A stretch of DNA of 64,000 bases from Phycisphaerales bacterium (GCA_020846975.1 JADLCX010000022.1:30104-94103), one strand, 5' to 3'. Counted from the stretch's first letter, positions 51,176 to 60,187 are shown. Notes: a model not told the origin generated them from the letters alone. Made by a program: numbers and translations.

Positions 51176-51889
51176 ATGAGCATCATTCCGAAGGTCAAGG
51201 TCGAGCAGGTCGAGTTCTGCGAGTCGCACGCGCCCCTTTGGGCCGTGGCGCCGGCCACGATCGGGCTCAGTACGGCCCAGTGCACGCTGTTCACCACGTT
51301 GACCACCAACGCGAGAAAGGCGTACGACGATGCGCAGGATGCCAAGGTGGCCTACCGCAGCGCGGTGACCACGCAGAACGAGGAGATCGCCAAGGCCATC
51401 TCGGGCCCGGGCGGCGCGGCGGACCTGATCCGCTTCATCAAGTCGTTCGCGGAAAATACCGCCAACCCCAACAGCATCTACGCGCAGGCCGGCCTGCCCA
51501 CACCGACGCCCCCATCGCCCCTCCCCGCGCCCGGTCGGCCCGAGGACATCGTCGTGACGCTCGAGCCGAGCGGCGCGGTGACGATCACCTGGTCGGCGGT
51601 GGAGGCGGCCGCGAGCACGGGCGCGTACTTCAACGTGACCCGCAAGCTGCCGGGCATGGCGGTGTTCCAGATCGTCGGCGGCTCGCCGGGCGCGACCAGC
51701 GAGTCACGCCGCATGAGCTTCACCGACTTCACCATCCCCACCAGCGCGGCCGGCGCGGGTGTGCAGTACATCATCCAGGGCCGCCGGGCCGGCCGCATCG
51801 GCGAGGCCAGCGATGCCGTCACCGTGCAGTTCGGTGTCGATGGCGCCGGGGTCAGTGTTGCTGGTGCCGAGTTGAAGATGGCGGCGTAG
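51176..51889 (+). CDS. Hypothetical protein with a C-terminal fibronectin type III-like domain
   Basis: The ATG is preceded by AGGAG (51164-51168). High GC3 begins here, in contrast to the upstream repeat region. The FN3-like segment is PGRPEDIVVTLEPSGAVTITWSAVEAAASTGAYFNVTRK ... VQYIIQGRR. Confidence 0.6.
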   Translation: MSIIPKVKVEQVEFCESHAPLWAVAPATIGLSTAQCTLFTTLTTNARKAYDDAQDAKVAYRSAVTTQNEEIAKAISGPGGAADLIRFIKSFAENTANPNSIYAQAGLPTPTPPSPLPAPGRPEDIVVTLEPSGAVTITWSAVEAAASTGAYFNVTRKLPGMAVFQIVGGSPGATSESRRMSFTDFTIPTSAAGAGVQYIIQGRRAGRIGEASDAVTVQFGVDGAGVSVAGAELKMAA

Positions 51890-51892
51890 AGG

Positions 51893-52008
51893 CAACAGCG
51901 AACATCGAACAGCGAAGAGCGAACAGCCGGAGGGTGCGCCCAAGACGTTTGGGGCGCAGCCTCCGGCTGTCTTTTTCCGGCTGTGCTGCTGTTCGCTGTT
52001 CGCTGTTG
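51893..52008. repeat. ~116-nt imperfect palindrome whose outer arms are built from GAACAGC k-mers
   Basis: The left arm CAACAGCGAACATCGAACAGCGAAGAGCGAACAGCCGG faces the right arm CCGGCTGTGCTGCTGTTCGCTGTTCGCTGTTG. Confidence 0.8.
51923..51977 (+). terminator. Rho-independent-type terminator hairpin (core of a longer palindrome)
   Basis: ACAGCCGGAGGGTGCGCCC (51923-51941) pairs with GGGCGCAGCCTCCGGCTGT (51952-51970) with one mismatch. It is followed by CTTTTTC and sits between convergent genes. Confidence 0.6.
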
Positions 52009-52019
52009 TCTCTCGCCTT

Positions 52020-52625
52020 CTACCCGCCCCGCTCCAGCTCCCGCACCGCCTTGCGGTTCTTCAGCCGCGAGAGGTGCGTGAACCTGTCGATGATGAGGAT
52101 GCCGTCGAGGTGGTCCATCTCGTGCTGCCAGCAGCGGGCGAGCAGGCCGCCCCCGGTCTGCGTGAACTCGCGGCCCTCGACATCGAGCGCGGTGATGGTG
52201 ATGACGGGGGGCCGGAGGACATCGCCGCGGATGTCGGGCAGAGAGAGGCAGCCCTCCTCGGCGGCGACGGGGGGGGCGGAGCCTTGCGGGTTGGTGAGGC
52301 GAGGGTTGATGTAGACCCGGGGCCCGCGCGTGGCGGTGGGGGGCGCGTGGTCGGGCGAGCGATCGCCGTCATGGGGGGGGGCGGGGGGCACATCGACGAC
52401 GAACAGCCGCCACGAGAGCCCGACCTGCGGCGCGGCCAGGCCGATGCCCTCCTCGGCGCGCATCATCTCGATCATGCGGGCGGTGATGGCGGCGATGTTC
52501 GGCGGGAAGGGCGCTGTCGGCACGGGCGCAGCGCGCTTGCGGAGGATGGGCGCGGGGTGGATCTGGAGGGAGAGGGGGGGGAGCGAGGCCGGATCGACGG
52601 TCGGGGGAGCGGGCGGGGGCGGCAT
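52020..52625 (-). CDS. def: Peptide deformylase (Pro-rich N-terminal extension and an internal insertion)
   Basis: The three motifs GIGLAAPQVG, EGCLSLP and HEMDHLDG are present. An insertion PPAPPHDGDRSPDHAPPTATRGP lies between motifs 1 and 2. ATG at 52623-52625. Confidence 0.9.
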   Translation of the reverse strand: MPPPPAPPTVDPASLPPLSLQIHPAPILRKRAAPVPTAPFPPNIAAITARMIEMMRAEEGIGLAAPQVGLSWRLFVVDVPPAPPHDGDRSPDHAPPTATRGPRVYINPRLTNPQGSAPPVAAEEGCLSLPDIRGDVLRPPVITITALDVEGREFTQTGGGLLARCWQHEMDHLDGILIIDRFTHLSRLKNRKAVRELERGG

Positions 52626-52692
52626 GGGGTGAGGGTAGGGGATAAGGCGGGCAGCATCGCCTAACGTTTCCCACCAGCAAGGAGTCCGCACA

Positions 52693-54282
52693 TTGGGGTT
52701 GTTCAGCAAGAGCAAGAAGACCGATGAGACCGCCCCGGCGACCGGCGGCAACGGGAGCGGGTCATCCAGCGGCAAGGGATCGAGCGGAGGGGGGGATGGG
52801 GTTGGGGGTGGGGGTGGGGGGTACGAGTTCAATCCGGGGAAGGCGGAGAAGTTCTTCGAGCGGGCCGCGACGCTGCACGAGACGGCGCAGTACGAGTACG
52901 CGATGAACATGTGGCTCAGCGGCCTGCGCTTCGAGCCGACCAGCAGGCCGGGGCTGGAAGGGTTCTTCAAGTCCGCCGGGGCGTTCATGAACTCGGGGGC
53001 CAAGGGGCCGGGCAAGGACCTGATCAAGCTGTTCGACAAGGGCGGGACCATCGACCGCTACCTGATGGCGCTCCTGCAATGGAGCGCGCACCCGATCGAG
53101 TCGGCGTACGCGGTGCGGGCCCTGGAGATGGCCGCGGACCTGGGCCTGCCCGAGCCCTCGATCTGGATCGGCGAGCGGGCCCTTGGCGCATCCGAGAAGG
53201 ACAAGCGGCCGCGGCAGGAGGCGTTCATCAAGGTCATGGAGGTCATGCGGCGGTTCGGGCGGTTCGACCTGGCGGTGCGGGCCGGCGAGGCCGCGCTGAG
53301 GCTGAACCCGACCGACGGCCGGCTGGCGGCCGAGATCCGCAACATGTCGGCCGAATCGACGATGAGCCGGGGCGGGTTCGACCAGACCGGCTCGGCGGGC
53401 GGGTTCCGCTCGAACATCAAGGATGCCGACACGCAGCGGCGGCTGGAGGAGCAGGACCGCGTCGGCAAGAGCGAGGAGACGCTCAACCGGCTGATCACGC
53501 AGGCGCAGGGCGAGTACGCGGCGAACAAGGCCGACAAGCCCACGATCAACAAGTACGTGGACCTGCTCAGGCAGCGCGGCGGGCCGGGCGATGAGGACCG
53601 GGCCGTCGAGGTGCTCGACGAGGCCTACCGCACCACGCAGGAGTTCCGGTTCAAGGATGTGGGCGAGCAGATCCGGCTGCGGCGGTGGAAGGCGAAGATC
53701 CGCGAGATGATGGCGGCGGGCGGGGGGGATGCGGAGGCGCTGAAAGCCGAGGCCCGGGAGTATCAGAAGGCCGAGATCGCGCTGGCCGAGGCTCAGGTGA
53801 AGGCGTACCCGACCGACCTGACGCGGCGGTTCGACCTCGGCAAGAAGCTGTACGAGTCGGGCCGGAACGAGGATGCCATCGAGCAGTTCCAGGAGGCCAA
53901 GGCCGACCCGAAGAACCGGGCCAACGTGCTGCACTTCCTCGGGCTGGCGTTCCAGAAGATCGGGTACAACGATGAGGCGATCGACACGCTGCGGCAGGCG
54001 CTGTCGATGCACCACACGCCCGACGATGCCACGGGGATGGAACTGCGGTACGCGCTGATGGAGGCGCTCCTGGCCCGCGGCATCGAGATGAACGATGTCG
54101 CGGATGCCGAGGACTCGTACAAGATCGCCCGCGAGATCGCGATGCAGCAGATCAACTACAAGCAGGTCCGCACGCGGCGGGAGGAGGTCAAGCAACTGGT
54201 GGCGAGGCTGAAGGGGCTGCCGCCGCCTTCGAGCACGGGGAGCGGGGGGGGCGGGGGGAGCGGGGGGGGGAGTTCGGTGTAG
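52693..54282 (+). CDS. TPR-repeat protein with Gly-rich N- and C-terminal tails
   Basis: TTG start with AAGGAG (52679-52684) 8 nt upstream. TPR-like helices, e.g. NRANVLHFLGLAFQKIGYNDEAIDTLRQAL. The tails are GNGSGSSSGKGSSGGGDGVGGGGGG and GSGGGGGSGGGSSV. Confidence 0.75.
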   Translation: MGLFSKSKKTDETAPATGGNGSGSSSGKGSSGGGDGVGGGGGGYEFNPGKAEKFFERAATLHETAQYEYAMNMWLSGLRFEPTSRPGLEGFFKSAGAFMNSGAKGPGKDLIKLFDKGGTIDRYLMALLQWSAHPIESAYAVRALEMAADLGLPEPSIWIGERALGASEKDKRPRQEAFIKVMEVMRRFGRFDLAVRAGEAALRLNPTDGRLAAEIRNMSAESTMSRGGFDQTGSAGGFRSNIKDADTQRRLEEQDRVGKSEETLNRLITQAQGEYAANKADKPTINKYVDLLRQRGGPGDEDRAVEVLDEAYRTTQEFRFKDVGEQIRLRRWKAKIREMMAAGGGDAEALKAEAREYQKAEIALAEAQVKAYPTDLTRRFDLGKKLYESGRNEDAIEQFQEAKADPKNRANVLHFLGLAFQKIGYNDEAIDTLRQALSMHHTPDDATGMELRYALMEALLARGIEMNDVADAEDSYKIAREIAMQQINYKQVRTRREEVKQLVARLKGLPPPSSTGSGGGGGSGGGSSV

Positions 54283-54295
54283 GCGTGGAAGGGCA

Positions 54296-54406
54296 GGAAC
54301 ACAGAGGCACGGAGCGTTTACGGAGAGCACAGAGAGAGGCAAGACTTGCTTCAACTCAGATGCTCCTCTCTGAGTCCTCCGTGACTTCTCTGCGCTTCTG
54401 TGTTCC
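54296..54406. repeat. ~111-nt imperfect nested palindrome built from CACAGAG k-mers
   Basis: GGAACACAGA (54296-54305) pairs with TCTGTGTTCC (54397-54406), CACGGAG with CTCCGTG, and AGAGAGG (54333-54339) with CCTCTCT (54365-54371). It lies between the TPR stop and the kdsB start. Confidence 0.8.
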
Positions 54407-54426
54407 GCTTTGTGAGCGCGGTGCGA

Positions 54427-55203
54427 ATGGCTGAGCACAGAGCACAGAAAGACGCGGAGTGCGTCGGATTCATTCCGGCGCGGCTGGGCTCGACGCGGTT
54501 TCCGGGGAAGGTGCTCGCGGATGCGACCGGGCGGCCGCTGATCCGGCACGTGTGGGAATCGGCGATGCGGGCGGCAAGCCTGTCGCGGGTGGTGATCGCG
54601 ACCGATGATGAACGGGTGATGGCGGCCGCGACGGCTTTCGGCGCGGAAACGGTCATGACCAGCGCGGCGCACCCGAACGGGACAAGCCGGATCGCGGAGG
54701 CGGCCGCGAAACTGGGGCTGGACGACGATCAGATCGTCGTGAACATCCAGGGTGATGAGCCGGAACTCGAAGCGGGGGTCATCGACCAGAGCGTGCGGGC
54801 GTTCGTCTCGCTCGAGGCTTCCGGCGCGAGGGTGGGGACGTGCGCGAGCCCGATGGATCCGGGTGACGATGCGGGCGACCCGAACGTGGTGAAGGTGGTG
54901 ACGGACCGTCGGGGGATGGCGCTGTACTTCTCACGGGCGACGATCCCGTTCGACCGTGACGGGCGCGAGGGTGTGATGCGGCTGCGGCACATCGGGGTGT
55001 ATGTTTACCGCCGCGCATTCCTGGAGGAATACCTGCGGATGGAGCCGACGGCCGCCGAGAGCGCCGAGCAGCTCGAGCAGCTCCGCGTGCTTCAGCACGG
55101 GCATGGGATCGCGGTCGGCGTGTTCAAGACGCGTCAGACGGGCATCGACACGCCGGAGCAGTACGCGGCGTTCGTGGAGCGGTGGCGGGCGCGACGCGGA
55201 TGA
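54427..55203 (+). CDS. kdsB: 3-deoxy-manno-octulosonate cytidylyltransferase (CMP-KDO synthetase)
   Basis: VGFIPARLGSTRFPGKVLADATGRPLIRHV ... VVNIQGDEP ... RHIGVYVYRRAFL. Confidence 0.9.
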   Translation: MAEHRAQKDAECVGFIPARLGSTRFPGKVLADATGRPLIRHVWESAMRAASLSRVVIATDDERVMAAATAFGAETVMTSAAHPNGTSRIAEAAAKLGLDDDQIVVNIQGDEPELEAGVIDQSVRAFVSLEASGARVGTCASPMDPGDDAGDPNVVKVVTDRRGMALYFSRATIPFDRDGREGVMRLRHIGVYVYRRAFLEEYLRMEPTAAESAEQLEQLRVLQHGHGIAVGVFKTRQTGIDTPEQYAAFVERWRARRG

Positions 55204-55224
55204 GGCATCGCGGCGCGGCGGGGT

Positions 55225-57933
55225 TCAGCGGGCCGGCGAGAGGACCGCGCTCTGATCCGCGGCCGATGCGGTTTCGGCGCGGTCGAGTTGGTCCTGGGCC
55301 CAGAGCCGGTCGGCGATGCTCGGCGTCGCGGCGATGAACTGCTCGATCAGCGGGCGTGCCCGCGGGTCGTTGATCTCGATAAGAGCCTCGATCGCCGCGC
55401 GGCGGGTGCGGAGGACGGGATCGTTCACGATCGCGGCGAGCAGGTTGAAGACGCGATCGCGATCCTGTTCGACCAACTTGGCGGCCGCCTTGATGGCCGT
55501 CTCTCGGGTGTCGGATGCTGAGGAGGGCGATAGGAACGGCGCGACCTGATCGAGGGCGCCCATGTAGCCGATGTCGGCCAGCGCATCGATGGCGGCCTGA
55601 CGGATCTGGTCATCTTGCGAGTCGGTGCGGAGGCCCTGCTCGAAGGCGTTGAAGGCGGCCGCGGACTTGATCCTGCCCAGGCCGCGGAGGCTGGCGGCGC
55701 GCACGGCGTACGAACGGTCGTTGGTCCAGCGTTCCAGGAGTGCGCGGGCGGTAGCGTCCTTGCTCTCCCCGGAAGAGGACAGTGTGGCGCGGGCCAGTTG
55801 TTCGATCCAGACCTTGCGGAGCCGCGCGTCGGAGAACTCCCCGGGCTTCATCGCCTGAAGGGCGATCGGCGCGGGCGAAGAAGAGTTGGTGGATTCCGGC
55901 GCGGCCTGCACACCGCGTTCGCCGAGCGAGCCGAGGGCTTCGAGGGCGGCGGCGCGGAGGTGTTCGTTGGCGCGGGAGTCGCGCGCGGTGCGTGCCAGCG
56001 GCTCAACGCCGGCGGCCTCGGGAAGTTTGCCGAGGAGTTGGGCCGCGTGGAGGCGGGAGGCGAGCGTAGGGCCGCTTGCGAGCGAGCGGATGGTCTGAGC
56101 CGCGGGCTGGATGACGGTGATCTCGGCGAGGACATCGAGGTCGGGATTGGCCGCAACCCACTCGGGCTCGCGGTCGCAGGGGATCGACCACGAGTCGGTG
56201 CGGGTCTGGATGGCGTGGGTCGAGGTCGCGGTTTGCGAACCGTTGGAGTACGCGATTGTCAGATCGAAGAAGAATGCCGGGTTGTCCCCGTCGATGTTCT
56301 GCGTCTGCTCAACGGCGATGTCCAGCGTTCGGGCTTCGGAGTTCCAGGTCTGCGTGACGGTGAGTCGTGGCGCACCGGGTCGGTAGCACCACTGGTCGAA
56401 GAAGCGGTGCAGGTTCTGGCCCGAGGCTTTCTCGAGAGCCTGGCGGAACTGGAAGGTCTCGACGGGCTGGTTACGGTGGGTGTCGATGTACGAACGGGTC
56501 GCGGCAAAGAAGGTCTTGTCACCGAGTTTGCGGCGAAGCATGTGGAGGATTGCCGAACCTTTGGGATAGGGGTTGGCGGTGCGGTCGAAGACATCGCTCG
56601 GCTCGGCGTATTCTCGGCTGACCATCGCAGGCTGGAAGGGTGCATCGGCGTGATCCGCGCCGATGACCGATTGGAAGTTCGCCCAGATGGCGTGCTGGTA
56701 GGCGTCGTTGTCGGCTCTCAGACCGGACGTGGGATCGACGCCATCCTTGACCCGAGAGGGTGAACCGTTGTCCTTGTACTGGGCCCAGAGGGCCTCGCAG
56801 TAGGTGGCCCAGCCCTCGTTGAGCCAGATGTGCTCCCACGACTTGGACGTGAGCAGGTCGCCGAACCACTGGTGTGAGAGTTCATGACAGATGAGTTCGT
56901 CCATGTCGCCGTCGAGCAGGGCGGTCCTGTCGAGAATGACATCCTCGAACAGGTGGGTAGCGGAAGTGTTCTCCATGCCGCCCCAGGCGAAGTTGGTGAC
57001 GACGACCTGCGCGTACTTGTCCCACGGGTACGGCTCGTCAAACAGCCGCTCGTACAGGGCGATCATCCGAGGCGTGCGGCTGAACGTGACCTTGACACCG
57101 TCGGCTTTGTCCCTGGGCGCGTACACCGGCATCGGGAGCCTCGTGCCCCAGCCCGAGACATCAACAATCGCGTACTTGCCGACGGCCAGCGATATCAGGT
57201 ATGGGGCGTGCTCCTTGTCTTGGCTGAAGTGGTAGGTCTCGGAAGGTCCCGAAGAATCGGGGAGCGAGCCCTTGGTCTGCGAGACGAGCTTGCCGTTGGA
57301 GCAGGCCGTGTATCCCGCCGGAACAGTGATGGTCACCTCACTGGTCAGCCGCTCGTTGGGGAAGTCGTGACCGATGATCCAGTAGCGGTTGGACTCGGGC
57401 TCGCCTTGCGTGTGAAAGCCCGCGCCGCGGCCGGGAAATGCGGAAGACTCGGGGGTCCAGATGACACCCTCGGCGGCGTTGCGGACCTCATACTCGAAGC
57501 GGACTTCGCACAGTTCGGCTGCCCCCACGGGTGGATCGAAGCGGAGTTCGAGCGTGGGGGAGCCGGGGTTGTGCGTGAAGGCGACGGAGTGTGTATCGCA
57601 CGCGACGGAACGCACATCGAGCTGAACGGCGTCGAGCGTGAGTGTCTTGAGGGACGGGCCGATCGGTGTGAAGCGGAGAGACTCGGTCACGCTCATGAAC
57701 GGCGTGTTCATGTCGGGGACCGTGATGTCGAGCCGGATGTGCCGGATATCGGCGCTGCGGTGGGGCGCGAAGTGGCGAAGGTCACGGCCGGTCGCGGGGT
57801 CGAAATCGCGCCGAACTTTCGCGGCCGTGGGGGCTCGAGAAGGCTTGGCTTGCGACGGCGGGTGGACGGCGAGAACGCCGGCCGTGCAACCGAGGAGGGC
57901 GATCGAGAGAACGAGAGGCCTGTCAACGGTCAT
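55225..57933 (-). CDS. Exported M1-family aminopeptidase (aminopeptidase N-like) with a C-terminal HEAT-repeat region
   Basis: GGMENTS, HELSHQWFGDLLTSKSWEHIWLNEGWATY (HExxH-x18-E). Lipobox-like N-terminus LSIALLGC. C-terminal repeats of the type VRAASLRGLGRI / IRQAAIDALADIG / RRAAIEALIEI. Confidence 0.9.
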   Translation of the reverse strand: MTVDRPLVLSIALLGCTAGVLAVHPPSQAKPSRAPTAAKVRRDFDPATGRDLRHFAPHRSADIRHIRLDITVPDMNTPFMSVTESLRFTPIGPSLKTLTLDAVQLDVRSVACDTHSVAFTHNPGSPTLELRFDPPVGAAELCEVRFEYEVRNAAEGVIWTPESSAFPGRGAGFHTQGEPESNRYWIIGHDFPNERLTSEVTITVPAGYTACSNGKLVSQTKGSLPDSSGPSETYHFSQDKEHAPYLISLAVGKYAIVDVSGWGTRLPMPVYAPRDKADGVKVTFSRTPRMIALYERLFDEPYPWDKYAQVVVTNFAWGGMENTSATHLFEDVILDRTALLDGDMDELICHELSHQWFGDLLTSKSWEHIWLNEGWATYCEALWAQYKDNGSPSRVKDGVDPTSGLRADNDAYQHAIWANFQSVIGADHADAPFQPAMVSREYAEPSDVFDRTANPYPKGSAILHMLRRKLGDKTFFAATRSYIDTHRNQPVETFQFRQALEKASGQNLHRFFDQWCYRPGAPRLTVTQTWNSEARTLDIAVEQTQNIDGDNPAFFFDLTIAYSNGSQTATSTHAIQTRTDSWSIPCDREPEWVAANPDLDVLAEITVIQPAAQTIRSLASGPTLASRLHAAQLLGKLPEAAGVEPLARTARDSRANEHLRAAALEALGSLGERGVQAAPESTNSSSPAPIALQAMKPGEFSDARLRKVWIEQLARATLSSSGESKDATARALLERWTNDRSYAVRAASLRGLGRIKSAAAFNAFEQGLRTDSQDDQIRQAAIDALADIGYMGALDQVAPFLSPSSASDTRETAIKAAAKLVEQDRDRVFNLLAAIVNDPVLRTRRAAIEALIEINDPRARPLIEQFIAATPSIADRLWAQDQLDRAETASAADQSAVLSPAR

Positions 57934-58006
57934 GTGTGGGCTCGTGGGTTCGGATCCGTGCGAGACTTGCGGTCAGACGGTGGGAGCGAGACGCTCGGTT
58001 CTGGAC

Positions 58007-60187
58007 CTAGCGGCGAGATGCAACGGGTGAACGGGTGGTCACGGCTTTCTCATGGAGGCGGCTCGCAACGGCCGTCGCGGCCGCACGCAAGGAGTCGAGG
58101 CGGTTGGCAAGGACGGACGCAGCCGCGCCGCGGGCGCGATCCGCGAGGAATCGGTCGCCGTTCCCGTCGAGGCTTCGCGGTGCGGCGTTCAGCCATGCCG
58201 AAACCAGGCCGGCCAGCGCACGACCGTCGGCAGAATCGGAGAGATCGTCGATCGCCTGAGCTCTGGCGGCGAGTGTCGGGCCGTTGTGAAGCACGTCCAG
58301 GTGGGCTTCGAGCGGTTGACGGACCTTCTTGCCGCAGAGCACGGAGAGATAGGGATCGACGCTGAGCGAACTCGGCCTTGCCGCGAGCCGGAACGATTGC
58401 CTCGACATGGTCGTATCGCACGCGATGTAGATGTACTCGCCGCGTCGGCCGTCGATCGGGGAGGCGAACTTGGCATAGATCGGGAGTTGAAACGCAAACG
58501 CCGGATTGTCACCGTTGATGCGCTGGGTCTGCTCGACCGTGACATCGAGCGTACCCGCCTCGCCTTGCCCGTCGGACGAGTCGGGCGTCCACGAGTAGTC
58601 GATCTCGACGGATGGCACGCCCGGCCTGCGGCACCATTGATCGAAGAAGCGATCCAGCGACTGGCCCGAGACTTCTTCGAGCGCGAGGCGGAAGTCGTCG
58701 GTCTCGGCGTAACCGTGCTGATGACGCTTGAGGTAGCGGCGGGTGCCCTCGAAAAAAGCGTCATCGCCCAAGCGCATGCGGAGCATGTGCAGGACCGAGC
58801 CGCCCTTTTGATACACGTTGTCGCCCTCGGTGAAGCGGCGATCGGGGTCGCGGTAGCGGTTGTTCACCATCCCGGCCTGCGCGGGCCAGCTCCGTTCCGC
58901 GCTGCGGGCGCGGGTCGAGGCAAAATCGCCCATGATCGCGGACTGGTAGCCATCCTCACCTTCCTGCCGCTCGGCCCACAGGGCTTCGCCCATCGTCGCC
59001 CAGCCTTCATTGAGCCAGAGGTTCTCCCAACCCTTGCAGGTGACCAGATCGCCGAACCATTGGTGCACGAGTTCGTGGGCGATGATCCCGTCGATCGAGC
59101 CGCGCCGACCGCCGCCGCGGGCGAGCGGCTCGCTGAAAGTCGTCGCCGAGGTGTTCTCCATCGCGCCGGCGCTGAACCCTCGGCACAGGATCTGGGCGTA
59201 CTTGTCCCACGGGAAGGGGTAGTCGAACAGCTTGCTGAAGTGCGCCACCATCTCCGGGGTATTGGCGAAGTTCTTTCGCAGGGCCTCGCCGGACCCGAGG
59301 GGGCCGTAGACCGGCATCCAAAGGCCGGGATAGTCGGACTTCGGCCCGCCAACGTTCACGACATCAAAGCGGCCGATCGCGAGGGTGATCAGGTAGTAAG
59401 AGTGGTCCTTCTGCTGGAGCCAGTGGTAGGTTCGTGTGCCGTGAGCGCCCTCGAGTGTCGGAGCCGGGGGTGTTTCGCCGTCGTCCTTGGGCTTTGGAGG
59501 AGCCGGGGGCGGCTGGCTCAGGCCATCCGGGTTGTACGTGACGCTGACGAGCCGGCCGTTCGAGACCGCCTCGAATGGCGCGGGCACGGTGACGATCAAC
59601 TCGCTGGAGACCCGCTCGTTGGGAAAGTCGTGACAGGCGAACCACAGGTGGTTGTGCTGGGGTTCACCTTGCGCGTGACACATCGGATCCCACTCCGGGG
59701 TCCGGCGCGTTTCGTCGGGCGAGAACGTTAGACCGTCGCCGCCGCCGCCGGGCCGATCGGCGTCGTAGGTCATCCGCAGCGTGATGACCTTGTCCGGCGG
59801 TCGCGGCGTGCCGAACTCGATGGTCAGCTTCCGAGCAGACTGTTCGTGCCTGAAGGCCGCGGGCTTTCCATCGACGGTCACGGCCGAGAACGTGAGGCCC
59901 TTTCCGGCATCGAGCGTGATCGACGAGCGTGGGATCGCCACCGGCGAGACCGTCAACGTCTGAACGGCGGTGAACTTTGGCTGAGACATGTCCGGCACGG
60001 TGAGCTCGATCCGTAGGTGGTGGTGGTCGAACGGAACATCGGGGGGCCAGACACGGACGTCCCGCCCGGTCTCGGCGTCGATGCGCGGGTCGTCCTGTCG
60101 CGGGCTGGTTTCTTGCGCGATCGTCGGCAACGCAGCAGAAAGGCACGCCAGGCAAGCAAGGACCAGGGATGTCATGGGCGTTCGCAT
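58007..60187 (-). CDS. Exported M1-family aminopeptidase, tandem paralog
   Basis: GAMENTS, HELVHQWFGDLVTCKGWENLWLNEGWATM. Signal peptide MRTPMTSLVLACLACLSAALPTIAQ. A Pro-rich insert PPPAPPKPKDDGETPPAP. Confidence 0.9.
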   Translation of the reverse strand: MRTPMTSLVLACLACLSAALPTIAQETSPRQDDPRIDAETGRDVRVWPPDVPFDHHHLRIELTVPDMSQPKFTAVQTLTVSPVAIPRSSITLDAGKGLTFSAVTVDGKPAAFRHEQSARKLTIEFGTPRPPDKVITLRMTYDADRPGGGGDGLTFSPDETRRTPEWDPMCHAQGEPQHNHLWFACHDFPNERVSSELIVTVPAPFEAVSNGRLVSVTYNPDGLSQPPPAPPKPKDDGETPPAPTLEGAHGTRTYHWLQQKDHSYYLITLAIGRFDVVNVGGPKSDYPGLWMPVYGPLGSGEALRKNFANTPEMVAHFSKLFDYPFPWDKYAQILCRGFSAGAMENTSATTFSEPLARGGGRRGSIDGIIAHELVHQWFGDLVTCKGWENLWLNEGWATMGEALWAERQEGEDGYQSAIMGDFASTRARSAERSWPAQAGMVNNRYRDPDRRFTEGDNVYQKGGSVLHMLRMRLGDDAFFEGTRRYLKRHQHGYAETDDFRLALEEVSGQSLDRFFDQWCRRPGVPSVEIDYSWTPDSSDGQGEAGTLDVTVEQTQRINGDNPAFAFQLPIYAKFASPIDGRRGEYIYIACDTTMSRQSFRLAARPSSLSVDPYLSVLCGKKVRQPLEAHLDVLHNGPTLAARAQAIDDLSDSADGRALAGLVSAWLNAAPRSLDGNGDRFLADRARGAAASVLANRLDSLRAAATAVASRLHEKAVTTRSPVASRR

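Noticed and set aside
50708-51889. The 393-aa ORF that fuses the 21-nt repeat region (heptad peptide repeats) to the FN3-like protein, and the minus-strand ORF 50533-51345 with (A/K)xEMTRV heptads.
   Set aside because: Third-codon positions in the repeat region are A/T-rich, unlike every confident gene here. A strong AGGAG-ATG start lies at 51176. The minus-strand ORF overlaps the alaS N-terminus and the downstream gene. I kept it as a refutation test for the repeat-array finding.
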